DNA of 64,000 bases, taken from NCBI GenBank assembly GCA_040954595.2, contig CM082587.2, positions 402,617 to 466,616 of the forward strand. The letters are read 5' to 3'. The stretch comes from Balanoglossus misakiensis. Taxonomy: Eukaryota; Animalia; Hemichordata. Position 1 is the stretch's first letter, and every line of letters begins with the position of its first letter. A program made the position numbers and the translations under genes. Below the pieces are notes generated by a model, which saw only the letters and a program-made list of their open reading frames with translations, made no database searches and had not been told where the DNA came from. Positions 1 through 13,572 of the stretch are shown piece by piece.

Positions 1-113
1 TTTCAATATTCAATCGTACATGTATATACGTACGTATGTATACATACGCAAGCACATGCACGCACGCGCACACAGAAGAACTTACATGAAACACATTTGT
101 GATTAAATTACAG

Positions 114-686
114 ATGCGAATGGATTGCTTGGAGAATCTGAAGTGTGATAAGAGTAATCCAGGGGAAGAGATGCCGTTGAATATCACAAAATGGATTGAA
201 ATGGCAACGCCTCGCTTACAACAGATGATCGACTACGATTTGTGTACCCAACCAGCAGAGAGTAAGTGAACATTTAAGTGAATTCCGGGAATTGACCAAT
301 ATGTCCTGAATGATACAAATATTTGTTTTACGTAATCCACTAAGCTACATCTCTTCTGGTCGTACATTCTAGATCCAATACCACACGATGCCTCAGATCC
401 TTGTGATGAATACAGCGTCACTAAACTTTGCTCTGAAGCAATAAGTCACTATTTGAAGACACCGTTTTCCGTGACATGTGTGGCCATGATGAAAGCTGCT
501 AAGTGTTTTCCAGCATTGCGTGATCCATGTGGACGAAGCCATTGGTCTATTCCTTTGGAGAATATGCCATATCATTTGATGGCCTTGAAAGGCCATTGCA
601 GAATGTACTACGATCCGGATATATTAGAAGCACAAGAAAAATGGCGCGAAGAGAACTCAGAAGACTATTTCGCATTTTTCAATTAA
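114..686 (+). CDS. 3' exons of an uncharacterised cysteine-rich protein (5' part probably outside the window)
   Basis: Exons 114-261 (cag| ... |gtaagt) and 373-686 (ctag|) join in frame: MRMDCLENLKC...DYDLCTQPAENPIPHDASDPCDEYSVTKLCSEAISHYLKTPFSVTCVAMMKAAKCF...FAFFN*. Regularly spaced Cys; no family recognised. Confidence 0.6.
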
Positions 687-949
687 ATGTGTTACGTTTC
701 ACGATAGTTCTTCTGTCTGTCTATACACCCAACAACGTTTTGTTGGATCATCTTAATATGGAAGCCATTTGATATAAACCTTGGGATTTTATCCACTTAT
801 GTATTGCAATCTGAATCAAAACTTTATCCTCTCCCTGTATTATACCGAATCGTACAATGTTTCAAACTGCAGATATTTCAACTGTAGATAAGATAGACCT
901 CTGAGACAGTACATTTGAATGTCAGACGTCCCGGAGGGCTGATAGTTTA

Positions 950-3900
950 CTAAGTAATCAGTGGTTTCGTTTCGTCTTCCTTGCAATGTTCTTCAAGATG
1001 TTGTCTCTTCAAACGCTTCTTGGCCAGTGGAAGGGAAACCACAGCGAAGATGAAAGACAACAGGTAAACGCCTGGATATAAGATAAGGAAGGTTTCTCTC
1101 AATCCTATCAGAGTGTTCATGGGTGGTACCAGTAGATTTAAGTTGCCTCCTATTATGTTAATTGAGAAGACGTATACTGCCAGCGTTGAAGTATGCTTGC
1201 CTCTAGGAGCCTGCTCCACCACTGTCACCATACCCAAACTACCAAATGTCTCAATGATGGCGTAATTCGGCATCAAGATGACAAAACACCACGGCGGGTC
1301 GAGGTAAAGTACGCCGACAGAAAGTGGAATTGTGACGAGCTGATGGAGATATACAGGCAAAAGAGGCAATCTTATTCACGATGAAAATATCTGTTATGGC
1401 AAAATCCAATAAATATCACATCTGAGCGAATTCTGTTTTTGCACTGTGTTACCTTGCTTTACTTTACATATTTAGTGACTAGTTGTTTAAAGTATATTTG
1501 CTTGTTTTGTTGTTGTTGTTTTGGTCGCCGTGCAGTAAATATAAACCTATTTATACTTACAACAGTCACGCAGTAAAATATCAATCTACCATAGTAACCT
1601 CTACGCTCAGCTGCTCTGTCAGAGATTGTCCCTCCTAACAGAGTTGCAATACTCCCCATGGCTAGTGGTATCCAGCTCATGAAGTGATCATACGGGTAAC
1701 CCGGGTAATAACGATGGAAATAGTTATTGATGTCGTAGTTAAAGATGTATCCACCGCCGCAACGCAGCGAGAAAGTGCATAAAAGTACAACATAGAGGGC
1801 ACTACAGAATGGCTGTTGTGGAACGTCGTCTGTTTTCGCTTGAATTTGGATGTTGTCTGACTGGGGATGGTCTGCGATCTGTAGAGGGGACAAAGACACA
1901 TCAGCATCTTTGTCATCATCACTTCCACCATCACCATCACCACCACCAAACACCCGTCATTCTCTGTGTTGTTGGAAATCTCCATGTTCTTTGCTCTCCT
2001 GAGACTTTGTTTTTACAGGCAGACCAGAAAAGTTGACATGTTTTGTGGGTTTGTGTATACTTCTCCATCCTTCATTTCTTTTTGTATGTCTGGTCTGAAT
2101 GGACACAGACAGACAGACAGATATGAATGTTTTGTTGACTTATGCGTCTTCAGAGAATTCTCTTATCATTGATGTAGTGTGTAATGCTTCTAATTCGATC
2201 AAGAATCACACAACATCTACTCACTTCTCTCGGTGGTTCTTTGACAGTGCACAGTGTGATGGCAGACAGGACAATGCCAGGGATACCTGCGATCCAATAG
2301 GCCCATCTCCAACCAAGAAGATCCACCACCACGTCGAGGCAAAAGGCCACACTGAGCCCCGCATAGACACCCCAGATGAAAATAGCTATGGCTAGACCAC
2401 GAATGCTCTACATATTATATAAGAATGTGATGATGGGCATATCAAGGAATTGTAGTTGCATTGCTTGTCAGTGGCCAGGAGCAGTGATGTGATTGTGCAA
2501 TTCAACGAACTATGAATTAAATTTACTTTGGTGAGAAATGTTTATCGTCCATGCATACCCTATCTATCAACGTTGATTTTTTACGCTTCGTCAATACAGC
2601 AGTTATTACAAAGACGATCTTACCTGGATACAATAACTGGAAATAATACTGGCAGCAAATGACGTAAATGGAGCCTCGCTGTTGATGAAGCAGAAATATC
2701 TTTTTGACAAAGGGATTTCAAAGGGAAATAAATGTTCTATATGTGATAACAATGTGTGTCTGAACATTTATTATGCGTGGTGAAATATCATGATAGTTCT
2801 CACACTTACAATATGGCAAGTCCCAGCCTTGTGACAACCAGATGCCAGTACTGCTGAGAAAACCCCGTCAGGATAATGGCAGCACTCCAGAGAAAAGCGC
2901 AACCGGCAATCACGTTCTTCCGGTTGATTGTGGTTCGTTCCATGACCAGACTCACAGGGACACCAACAATGCTGAAGACCACCGTGAACAAAGGACCTGC
3001 CAGTAACTGATATTGGACACCAGTGCCAAAGTATTGCCATCCACAATAGTCAGTATACTTTTGGTCCTCGCATCTAGAAAGCAAAAGTTTCAAAAGGAAC
3101 ACTTAATTAATATGATTTCAACATATTTGCTTTTCGCCTCTGAGATACCAGGAGGCTTAATTGATGTTTTGAAACACGGATAACTGACGTTAAGAAAACA
3201 GTATTTAGAAGAACCATTTTGAAAACACGATAACAATTATCCTAACCAGTGCCATTGGTTGAACTGCATCATATTTGGTCCAATATACTGACCTGGTGCT
3301 ATTGTTACAAAAGTCTTCGATGGAGATGTTCAGATGGTGGGTGTCGATATAGTATTCAACAGCCGTAACGTTAGACACATTGCAAGCTTTATCCCCAAAA
3401 TGAATGTCTTCAGCCATTTCTACGTTGGTTGCGATGAGTACATACCTGTCATGCGAGAAGTTTATCATGATTAGAGGAATCTCGAGTCATGTCTTCAACA
3501 TTATCCTTTTGATATCTATTTCTAGAATATTTTAAGAGACCTGATGTCTAATTCAAGGATTTACGCATGAAATATATTAAACAAAAAAGACCACCAGGTT
3601 TCGTGCCTGATACGAATGATTGATCAAAATGTTTTAAATGTGCCAATACATAAATAAAGTGAAAAATGCTAAGTACTGATAAGACATGACAACTATTTTA
3701 TGACCCTGTTTATTTAATAAACATATTAATCATATCAACATGAACAGTGAACACGATATCTTTGCTAGTGTATAGATGCAATGATCGATATCGTCTTTTC
3801 AAACTCATTAATTTTGGCTGTAGTCAGCTAAATTCACGGGTTTGGGTATATGGGATGGAAAGACTTGATGCAAATATGTGGTAAATGTACAAGCAGAGTC

Positions 3901-4242
3901 GAATCACTAGTTGAGATGACGAAAGAGAATTTTAAATCACACAACTGTGCCGGCTGTTAGTGATGAGCGCAACCACATATGTTCTGTTAGAAACTGATTA
4001 CCGGTATATTGATATCTTTTCAATGGGTTGGCATACAACAACCAAAGCAAACAACGCTGTACCCTTTTTGCCTTGGATGTTCTTCGATTATAAATGGAGA
4101 TCACTGTGATTGCCTGCAAAGCATCCAACCAGGTTACCCACCTTCCCAGTTGGTTACTCATAAACAAAAGCATCATTAGCATCGCCACGTAAAACGCATA
4201 TTTGTTGTCACGAATGACGGGACAGCAGTCGCCATAGCCCAT
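950..4242 (-). CDS. MFS transporter, spinster-related (paralogue 1), 7 exons
   Basis: Exons approx. 4242-4142, 3445-3293, 3073-2810, 2678-2624, 2407-2225, 1878-1561 and 1339-950, all GT-AG and in frame. Motifs: YQLLAGPLFTVVF, YWHLVVTRLGLAIFEAPF, LGWRWAYWIAGIPG, TVKEPPR, LGGTISDR. Many hydrophobic TM segments. Confidence 0.85.
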
Positions 4243-4877
4243 GATCTCGCGCTGTCGACCTGAAAGTTCACGCACTTTGATCAGTCGATATGTATCAGCT
4301 CAGACTCAAACTGCTGAACATAAAACCGATTGAATTGTAGGCGTGTCAGCGGTTATTTTGATAGTGTTCCTTTAGGGTAATAAATATACATATTGCATTT
4401 TGATAAAAAATATAGTAAGTCTAACTCCTCTGTGTTCATCACGGTAGTCACATTTTCAATACTACAACCAGGGACGTACTCTTCTCTCTCTCAAACGTCC
4501 GTGCTCCAGCAGGACACTTTTGACATAGGGAGATTCTGACAATCATTTAATCATTAGGTATTTCTGTGCAGTTGTGTATTAAAATGCGTACTGACTGATC
4601 GCAAGGTGCCTGGATAAATGTTTTTTTTTTCCTGTAGCCTGTACGCCTACCAGCATTTGATCTTTGGAAACCTTTCGTGACATTTTATTTAAATAAGTTG
4701 AACAGAAGGAACAATTTACTGAAATAGCACATAGGCCTTTAAAACGATGAAAATAGATATGAGGTATAAAATGATAGCAGTTTAATAGAAGCACATGTCA
4801 AAATTCGTCACTTTTTCGCACAAACCACACGTGATCACCGCAATATTGCGCCACCAGCGGCCATCTGTTATGCATTT

Positions 4878-4927
4878 TGACCTCGCATGACCTCGCTGGT
4901 TAAGGCCAAACAAGGTCAAACGGTTCA
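4878..4927. promoter_or_regulatory. Cluster of nuclear-receptor half-sites, including a perfect DR4 (TGACCTcgcaTGACCT)
   Basis: Perfect DR4 at 4878-4893. Imperfect DR4 AGGCCAaacaAGGTCA at 4903-4918. GGTTCA at 4922-4927. Lies in the divergent intergenic region between MFS1 and GLMN. Confidence 0.4.
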
Positions 4928-5108
4928 CCGGCTCACCAGAGTACATGACATTTGTTTTGTATGTTGTGTCTGTCAGATATCAGCATAAATTTATCCTATA
5001 TTTGATTGGTATCCGTTGATTTGATATGCACGGAGCTCAAATAATCTGAGGTGTTGACGACGAGCAGGATTTGTTGCGACGCTTACTATAATTGACTGTT
5101 TTACGGCA

Positions 5109-8100
5109 ATGGCAGACGACCTGAAATTGAACAACTTGGAGCTACTCGTGGAAGAACTGGAGGTAAACACATGTCTGCGATTTCGCGGACAATCTTCAGA
5201 GGCTGCTTTAATACACGAAAATGCAGTATCCTATTATTTGATTAGGTTAACCTTGATGTGCTTCGGGATCGTAAGAATATTCACAAACATCGGACTGCTA
5301 CAGGGTCGACATCGTAAACTTCCGGGTTGATACATCTTGAAATGTACACAATTTTCGCAGCATACAGCCAGTATGTGTAATACATACACTTTCGTGTCGT
5401 ATAGACAAGCCCATCGTCTCCTCCTGTTCCCATTCCAGTTCGTCGGAGAAAGCGATGGGCGAGGAAACTACAGCCATCATTGGCATTCGATAACTCGTAG
5501 CTGTTGATGATATATGTGGCATGACAAGAATGTCGATGGAATTCAAAATACTTAGTCGTGTTGCCGGGCTGGTAAATTATTTGACCGATTTCTATTTCCA
5601 CAGAACACTCCACAAAAGGAAGTTGATGACGAGAACAAGCATGTTTTCTTGGTTGCCGTAAAAACTCACTTGGACGATGGCAAATGCCATGACGTACAGA
5701 AAATCGTTTGCGATGAAAAATATGAGGTACATGTACATATGATTATAAACATGTCTCTCCATCACTTGCTGTGGGTCCGTAGATGCACTACTCTCTTGGC
5801 TGTCTGTGTTTTGGAGTTAACACACACATCCGTGAGAGTGGTAAGACTATGGACTTGCAGCAATCAATCTCTTACTATTTAAAAGTTTTATCTGAATCTT
5901 TTCTTCCCTACATACATGAATAACATACGGTACGTGTTAAGAAAGCTAGCTTACAAAAGGGCAAAGCTGGCTTTTGGAGTGATTCTTGTCTAACCAAAGT
6001 CTCTCTATCACAGTGATAGTTAGACTATAGTGTTGTTCTCATTATTTCCAATTCTGTATGTACACATTATCATGTATCTGTTCTTTCTCTGAAGGACTTT
6101 GTCAAGACCATAGGTTGGGATTTGGTGCCAGTGATATGTACTCATCTGGGTTCATTGCAAGAGGAGACTGAGACTGATATCTGTATTATTGACATGCTCA
6201 ATAGAATAGCAAAGGTAAGTCAACATTTAGGATGAAAATCAACTGCTAGTATTGATTTTATATAGTATTGAGTACACACATTGAAAATAACCCTGATCAT
6301 TTCCAGACAGTATATTAAATAATGAATATTTTATCTTATTGGATGTTTTTTTTTTCAATATTATTTGAATATAAAGATATTTCATTACCTTGGCAGGTCT
6401 GCAACCCGAAAGAAGTACTTCTTGTGTTCCTTGAAGAAGTTGATAAATTCCTTGACAATGCTCACTTCAGGAAACTGATTAAACCAATACAAATAGGTAA
6501 GAGATGTCATTAAATAGTCTGGAATTTCTGAATCACAGTCCAGTCTTGTAGAACTATAGAATTATAGAACTCCAAATGTACTACATTAGCTTCCTAATGA
6601 AAACATCAAAAGAGAAAAATTACTGTCATTTCAGAACCATAATCTGATGTAAATTGTCCATTCTAGCTCTCAACAGAATCCCCAACAATAGAAGTCTCTC
6701 CTTGAATATCGTCTTCTCAACATTCCATGCCCATGTCCAGACTATGAAGATTCCGGGTACTACCGGAATGAGTGACAGGGAGATCAAAGAACTCATGGAA
6801 GAGGATGATTCCTTCCAGAAAATTGAGAGAACTGTGACAGCCCTGTTGGACTTTACAGCACCATTTGTGTTTCATGTTCATAGCAGACTCACAAAAACAT
6901 TGACTGAGGCAAGTACAGTGAAAATCATGGAATTTCTTCAATATTTGACATCCAAACTGGATAAACAATTATCATTCAAAGTAAACCAATTGCCAGGTCT
7001 AAGAAACAATTACAAGTACACTTGCAGTTCAATCACTTGGTGTATATTCTCAGTGGATTCCGAGAGGTTTTGATTTATATTTTGTTTTCTTAATATATAG
7101 GAAGATGAAAAGGAGAATGAAAGAATGAAAACAGAAGTGGAAAGATTGTAAGTATCTGAGGTGTATTTCTTTTTTAGCCTGGAAACTCACTGTGAATTCT
7201 GCAATCTTGTCCAGTGATTCTTGGCTGTGTATACTGGAATCCATTGCCTCCTCTGGATCATATTATTGGCAATGGACCCCAACGTCCATGTCTGACATTT
7301 TGTGTCTTTCTCTTCTACCAACAGTCTCTTGAAGCTATTGGCCTACCCTCTTGCTCAGCTGGACTTGACTCTTCCTAAATCACAAGATAACAGAGAAGAA
7401 AAAAATAGTTCTGGTGACAATGGAGTTGATAATTCTAATGTCTTCAGAGACTGTGCTGAACAAATTATGGTGAGGATGTTTGATCAAGTGATCAAAAGTA
7501 TAAGTAAAATGTTTATAATTACATGGAACAGGAAAAATACAACATGGTTAGTGTTAAATTTATTAGTAACAAACAAGCTTCAGATCTGTCATTTTTGGTG
7601 TTGACAAGGGATGATTTTTTATGTTTTCTCTTCCCTTCCAGCATTATCTCAGATCCATGCTCTGTAGCTATGACAAGCTCATGAATTATGGTAAAATAAA
7701 CGCAACAGCTTATGAGCATGAAGCATCACAGGAGAAAAACAGAGAAAATGAGAAGGATGATGAAATGGCAGAAAATATCAGAGAACAGTGCAGTCAATTG
7801 TTACCACTGCTGGGACTCAGTTGTTTTGCTTATTTAAATGTCGTTGAAGAAATTGAAGATGATCATTTTCCAAGTGTGTACAGGTGAGTGTACATCAAAT
7901 CTCTTAACCCTACAACATTTTCTGAAGTACAGTACAGCTTCATAGTTTTTCCAACTGGACTAACTGTGTAACAACTGTTTACCTGCCATTTTGCAGTCCT
8001 CTACATTTACTGGAAATGAATCTGATGTACATCATTGGACTTTTCCGAAGACCAGAAGATATTGTGATAAGCAAAGGTATTGTAAGTATAAACATTTATT

Positions 8101-9817
8101 TTTCTTTGCTCTGGTCAACATTCACTTTACTCTCTTCTAATTTTATATGAATTTTTTGTGGGTACAATGTCCAAGATTTATTCATGAATTCTTGAAGCTG
8201 CAACTTGTAATTAAAAGTTTACTGGTAATAATTATCAACACTTATTTCTCTACAATCTTTGTAGGAACTGACTTTCAGTCTAGTTGCCAAGATGGAAGAT
8301 GGTACAGTTCCTCACACAATTCTGGACAAATCTGGGTACATGGAAATTGCAGGGTGTATGGAAAGAATCATGGTTCTCCATCCCTCCAAACCACTGGTCA
8401 GTAGATTGTTTCATTATCTATTGAACACTTTAGTTTATAGAATGGTTTTATTCTTAATGTGGTACTATTTGATTTGTTTTCTCAGAGGCAAAGAGCAGTG
8501 CAGTTTCTGCCACTGTACATCAAGAAATTTAACCACCAAGGCCGATACAAATTGCTGCGTCATTTGATTATCAAGACAAAGCATTCAGGTGTAGCCGGAT
8601 TGTTGGTGGGAATTCTGAAAGATCAGATTGCTGAGACACTACAGGTAAAGTCTCCCCTACTGACAAGTGGACTAGCCTGTCCTTCCATATGTTCACCTGT
8701 TGACAAATGGAATTGCCTTGCATTTGAAAGTTTTGACCTCAGAATGATACATTGCTTCATTCAGGTTCATGTTTTGCATCTACTGCATCCATCATACGCA
8801 ATCACAGTGCATTAATTAACCTCTCTACAACCTGTCTATAAAGAACAGTTTAGGAAAGTCCCTTGGCTGGCCACTATAGACAGGTTTGATTGTACATGTG
8901 TTCACTTTCTGTAGGTTGGGGAAGGTAAAGAATGGTTCACTGGAAGTCACATGATCAACTTACTGAAAGCAATGATGAAACTTGACAAAGGTCCTCTAAC
9001 TGATCTGTTACAAGAATCAGACAGGTAAGAAATCCCATCACAAAAACATTACTGGTTCTGCACTTTTCAGTTTTCAATTGTTTTAATGTGGGGGTTTTTC
9101 TCTTAATTTTCATCTTAGAATCATGGCAGTGTTGAACTGTCTGAGGTTTTTGCTTTTGAGGGATCCCATCACAGAAAATAAAAGTGGAATCTGGAATGAA
9201 TTGGAAACAATAGAAAAAGAATTTATTGATGTTTTGGAAAAGGGGATTGGAATGTCCAAGTCTCATTTTGCCCAGGAACTGGAAGTTTTCCTACAAGAAA
9301 GAAAAAGTAGGTTGCTATTTTGTCTTTTTTATCCAGCTAATGAAGTTATGTATTGTCATCTTCGAAGCATTATAGTTGAAATATTGTTCTAGGAACAAAG
9401 ACACAGGCATGAGCAATTTCAACTTGTCTTGCCATATGAAATCCGTGTTTCTTTGTCGTTTAATTTTGAGTAAGATTCTGAGGATTGCAGCAACTAATCT
9501 TAATGTGTTTTTTATACAGATAAAGACAAATCAGTGGTCAATGTCAGTGTGTCTGGGGAACCGTTACCAGGGTTACCACCACAACAGCAACTACAGGTAT
9601 GAGGATTTGTGATTCTCTAAATGATAACAAAAGCAAAAATAGATTTCAAGATCGGTTTCAGATTATCGCTTGTCATCGTATGTATTCAAATTTTCTCTTC
9701 CTTTCTTGTCAGGTGTTGAAGTCGGCTCAACAGATGCTTGACGTGATGAACAGTGTTGTTGTCCGTGTTTGTGAAGTCATCGGAGCAGAGAAAAAGAAAC
9801 TGGCCTCATCGTCATAG
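5109..9817 (+). CDS. GLMN: Glomulin (FKBP-associated protein, RBX1-binding; ALF4/glomulin family), multi-exon
   Basis: First exons 5109-5162, 5604-5726, 6095-6214 and 6397-6496; last exon ends at TAG 9817. Motifs match glomulin: IGWDLV, CNPKEVLL, RAVQFLPLYIKKFNHQGRYKLLRHLIIKTKHSGVAG, DLLQESDRIMAVLNCLRFLLLRD...NKSGIWNEL. Confidence 0.92.
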
Positions 9818-10049
9818 CGGAGTGAATGTTCCTCGGTTTAGATACAGCTCTGATTGTATACTGCTAGATATTCCTTAACAGTCGTTTATAGCATGTTTTC
9901 AAGTGGTCCTTTGAGAATTGTGTAGTACGTTGTACTTACTTATATGGTATATTAGTTTCAAACCAGAACTTTACACATAATAGCAAATGGAACATTACGA
10001 AAAGCCGATTTTTGTCAATTCTTTAATTTTGTCTTTGTAATAAAAATAT

Positions 10050-13000
10050 TCATGCACAAATACTGTGGTCATTGTGATTATTAGTCTTTTTGATGATTCT
10101 TTTATGTGACAAAATCAGAGCCCTCAGAAAAAGTGTTCCTGAGACAGCAAACGCTCCGGGCCATAAAATCAACATGGATGTATTCCAACCAAAAAGCGAT
10201 CTGAGTGCTGGCAGCAAAAGGACAAGATTTCCACCAAACATGTTGATTGTGAAACAGAATATGGTAAGGGCTGATGTCTGGCGTCCTGGAGGTGCCTGTT
10301 CCACAAGAACTGTTGTGATAATTCCTCCACTCATGTCGTGGAAGAATGCTCCAAAAAGTAGCATTGCAAAAGACCATGGTGGTGGCATGAATAGAGCTAA
10401 TGTGGCTGTTGGTACTGATAAGAACTGGGAAAGAAAAGGAAACAATAAAATGGGTATTAGTTGTGACATCAACAGATGACCCAAAGGTGAACTCGACACC
10501 AATGGTAATCTTTATAAGGGTGATATCAGTTGTCAAAATCATTAGATGTATAAGAGCTGCATGCATACTACCAGTGGTGAACTTTGACTTACCACGCCAA
10601 GAAGAATAACTTTAATTCTTCCTTGATATCCCTGTGAAGAACTGGCCTTTCTGTCTGCCCAGACTCCTCCAAATGTGGATGCGATTGTGCCCACACACGC
10701 TGGAATCCAACTGAGATAATGTTCAGTAGGGTATCCTGGGTAATAGTGTTGGATATAATTGTTGTAATTATAACTGTAGGTCCGCCCACCAGCACAGCGT
10801 GCTGCAGCGCCCAGCAATAGAGTGATGTAGAGTGGGTTAAAAAGTGGGGCTGGTTGCAGTGTTTCGTCGATTGACTTTCCGGTTATGGTCTTGTTCTTGA
10901 GGTGATGGTTGGAATGTCCTTTGGCCAACTGCAGTACAAACAAATTGAATTGTGACTTGAAAAATCTGAAACTTCTGGTGTGTGGTCCACATACAGCAAT
11001 GTTAAAAAGGGTTTCTGTCCCAATGCTCATCTCATATGAATAAAATCATATTGCATGTAGGTACATGTATTGTGATGATCAACAAAATATCAGCATTGAA
11101 AGAACTGTTTACAATGAAAGTTAATCAATCTGTTTACAGAGATGATTGACCTTACATTTTGTCCTGGCTCCCTGACTGTTAAATATGTCAACACTCCTAG
11201 GAAAAGACCTGGTATACCAGTTACGAAGTAGGCAAATCGCCATCCAAGGTCTTTGGCCGCTAATTTGATCACAAAGGCCATACTAAAACCAAAGTGTATT
11301 CCTGATGTAAATAGGCTAAGTGCCATAGCTCTCAGTTCCTGAAAAGAAATCGAATTAGAGTTACAAAGAGGCTAGGGATTTGTTTTGCCATATGGCTTGC
11401 TGAAAATATTGGATTCTTTCTGTAATAATAAAAAGAGATGTCTTTTGATGGTAAATGGTGGGTCTACATTGTGTTTATGAGCTTTCGCGAGTCTGGTATC
11501 ATCGATTTGCAGAAGCATATGGTTGCACATTAGCACTTAGTCAATTTCACATGTCAATTTCACAATACCGAACATATTTTTTTTTTCGTTGGCAATCTAA
11601 TAGCATATCAGTGGTGATTGACATTTGAAGGCAAAAAGAAGCATCCCTTTTTGAACACTGGAGGTTCACATACATACAAGGAACGTTACCTGGGTGAAAT
11701 AACTTGAAAGGAGGCTGATCGCAAAGGCTGTAAATGGTGCTTCACTGCAATTACAAGATATTGGGAAATAATATTTTGTTAACGTCATAGAGGTACTATA
11801 TAATAGTGACATGGTTGGATTATAATAAGAGTGCTGTTATACAAACAGAAAATCAACAACCGTACAAAAATGAACCCGCGCCAACATTTAAGATATATTG
11901 GCAATCGAATGTTTGTAATATCTTGTACCATTATTTCTATCTCCATCATCATTTGATAGAAAACCAGGGGATCAAACCCGCTTTTATTTATGATATGTAT
12001 TTTGAGAACAAAGTTATTTTTATCAAAGTTTTAATAAAAAGACTAGTGAATCATACTCTGCAACAAAAATGATGCAAATACTCACAAAAATGCGATAGCA
12101 AGTCTTGTAAGTGCAAGGTGCCAATATTGCGTTGCCAATCCTCCCAGCACAACCATTGTACTCCACAAAATTGCGGAATATGCTATTATGTTTTTTCTGT
12201 TGTTTCTGTTTCGTTCTAAACATATCCCCATGGGAACCCCGGCGAAACTGAATATTACATTGAAGAGGGGACCAGCGAGAAGTTGGTATTCGTATCCTGT
12301 GCCGGTGTAATGCCATTCACAATCGGGAGATTTAGTGCCGTTGTTACACCTGGAAATAGAAATGTGAGAATTGTATTTGTATGCAACAGAGTGTGGGAGA
12401 TGTGAGAGAGGGGGGTGGAGAGGAGGAGCAAGAGGGGGAGGGGAGAGAAAGAGAGAGGGGGGAAAGACAGAAACACTGTGCACACACAATTTACACCCAC
12501 ACGCATGCACACACGCATGCATGCACACACATGAGCTTGTTTCTTTATTATTACTAAGGGGAAGTGTTACCTTGTGTCACAGCTTGGCTACATGACATCC
12601 ACATGTCGAGGGGAGGATTACAGAAGATTAACAGGACATGTGTATATGTAAAGTGGACATGTCGGTCAATTACAAACAAACTAAAAACCAGTCATTGTCG
12701 TTTGTTAACACGAACTGTCATTAAAACGATATGACCATCCTATGTAAAGGCTGACTTACATTGACGGGTTTGACCGACATACATCATCTTGTTGCAATGA
12801 ATGGAGCAGGTTTACTGATTTGCATATGGTCTCGCCAAAGTGAATTTCATTTGCCATCGCTTCATTCGTCACTATGAGCACAAATCTGTATAAAATAATA
12901 ATAAATACATGATTTAGCACATTTCTCCTGTGGGTACCGTGTCATAGAGATTTATCTGACAATAGTCAACCGGGAAATGTTCATCATGATGAGATAGACA

Positions 13001-13572
13001 GTTGGATCAAGCAGTCGAAAATTCTAGGCAAAGCTATCTATATACAATGATAAATATGATAGTAGAATAAAATGATAGTAGAATAAAATCCCATCTTATA
13101 GCAGGTTTTAAATTACAACTTGAAAAAAGTAACAAGCAACGACAACAAGCAATGTGCCTGGTCAGAGAGTTCAGTAAACCAAACAGGCAATTAATTTTCT
13201 GCTGAGTGTCTCACCATTGTTAACGTTGATGGATACAGATACACTGCTGACAGTCAAACAGGCTTTTCTATGTTAAACCTGTCTGTTAGCTTGACTACAA
13301 CTGAGTTACATGAGCAAAATGACTCAATTAGTGGCTATAATTGGAAGTGTAACTACAGTGTATAACACAGTATCTGTCAGTTAACTATGCTGAAATTGAC
13401 CCAGCATGTACAATTGGACATGTGGATGTGGATCTATCACTCACCTGCTCATTGTATTACACATGAATAACAACATTGCCAGAAACGCAACATATAAAGG
13501 GTACTTGTTTTGTAGTAGTACATCGACATAGTTGATGCAATTTCCATGCCACCCGAAGTCTAATATTCCCAT
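10050..13572 (-). CDS. MFS transporter, spinster-related (paralogue 2), 7 exons
   Basis: Exons approx. 13572-13445, 12885-12760, 12349-12086, 11744-11690, 11338-11156, 10928-10593 and 10424-10050. Same intron positions as paralogue 1. Motifs: CEWHYTGTGYEYQLLAGPLF, YWHLALTRL, LGWRFAYFVTGIPG, FGGVWADR, VEQAPPG. Confidence 0.85.

Noticed and set aside
1879-1953. GGGDGDGGSDDD stretch at the start of ORF 1459..1953
   Set aside because: It derives from an intronic (CAC/CAT)n repeat. An in-frame TGA lies just upstream and a strong acceptor precedes 1878.
5281-5600. Minus-strand ORFs within GLMN intron 1
   Set aside because: No domain similarity recognised and no supporting exon structure.
12405-12530. 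Pro-rich and Cys/Val-rich ORF starts (MCMHACVHAC..., PPPLAPPLHPP)
   Set aside because: These are translations of intronic purine-rich and (CA)-like simple repeats.
13056-13089. Short tandem duplication ATGATAGTAGAATAAA x2 (similar small repeats near 16717 and 26697)
   Set aside because: Two-copy slippage duplications in non-coding DNA, with no spacer array or CRISPR-like structure.
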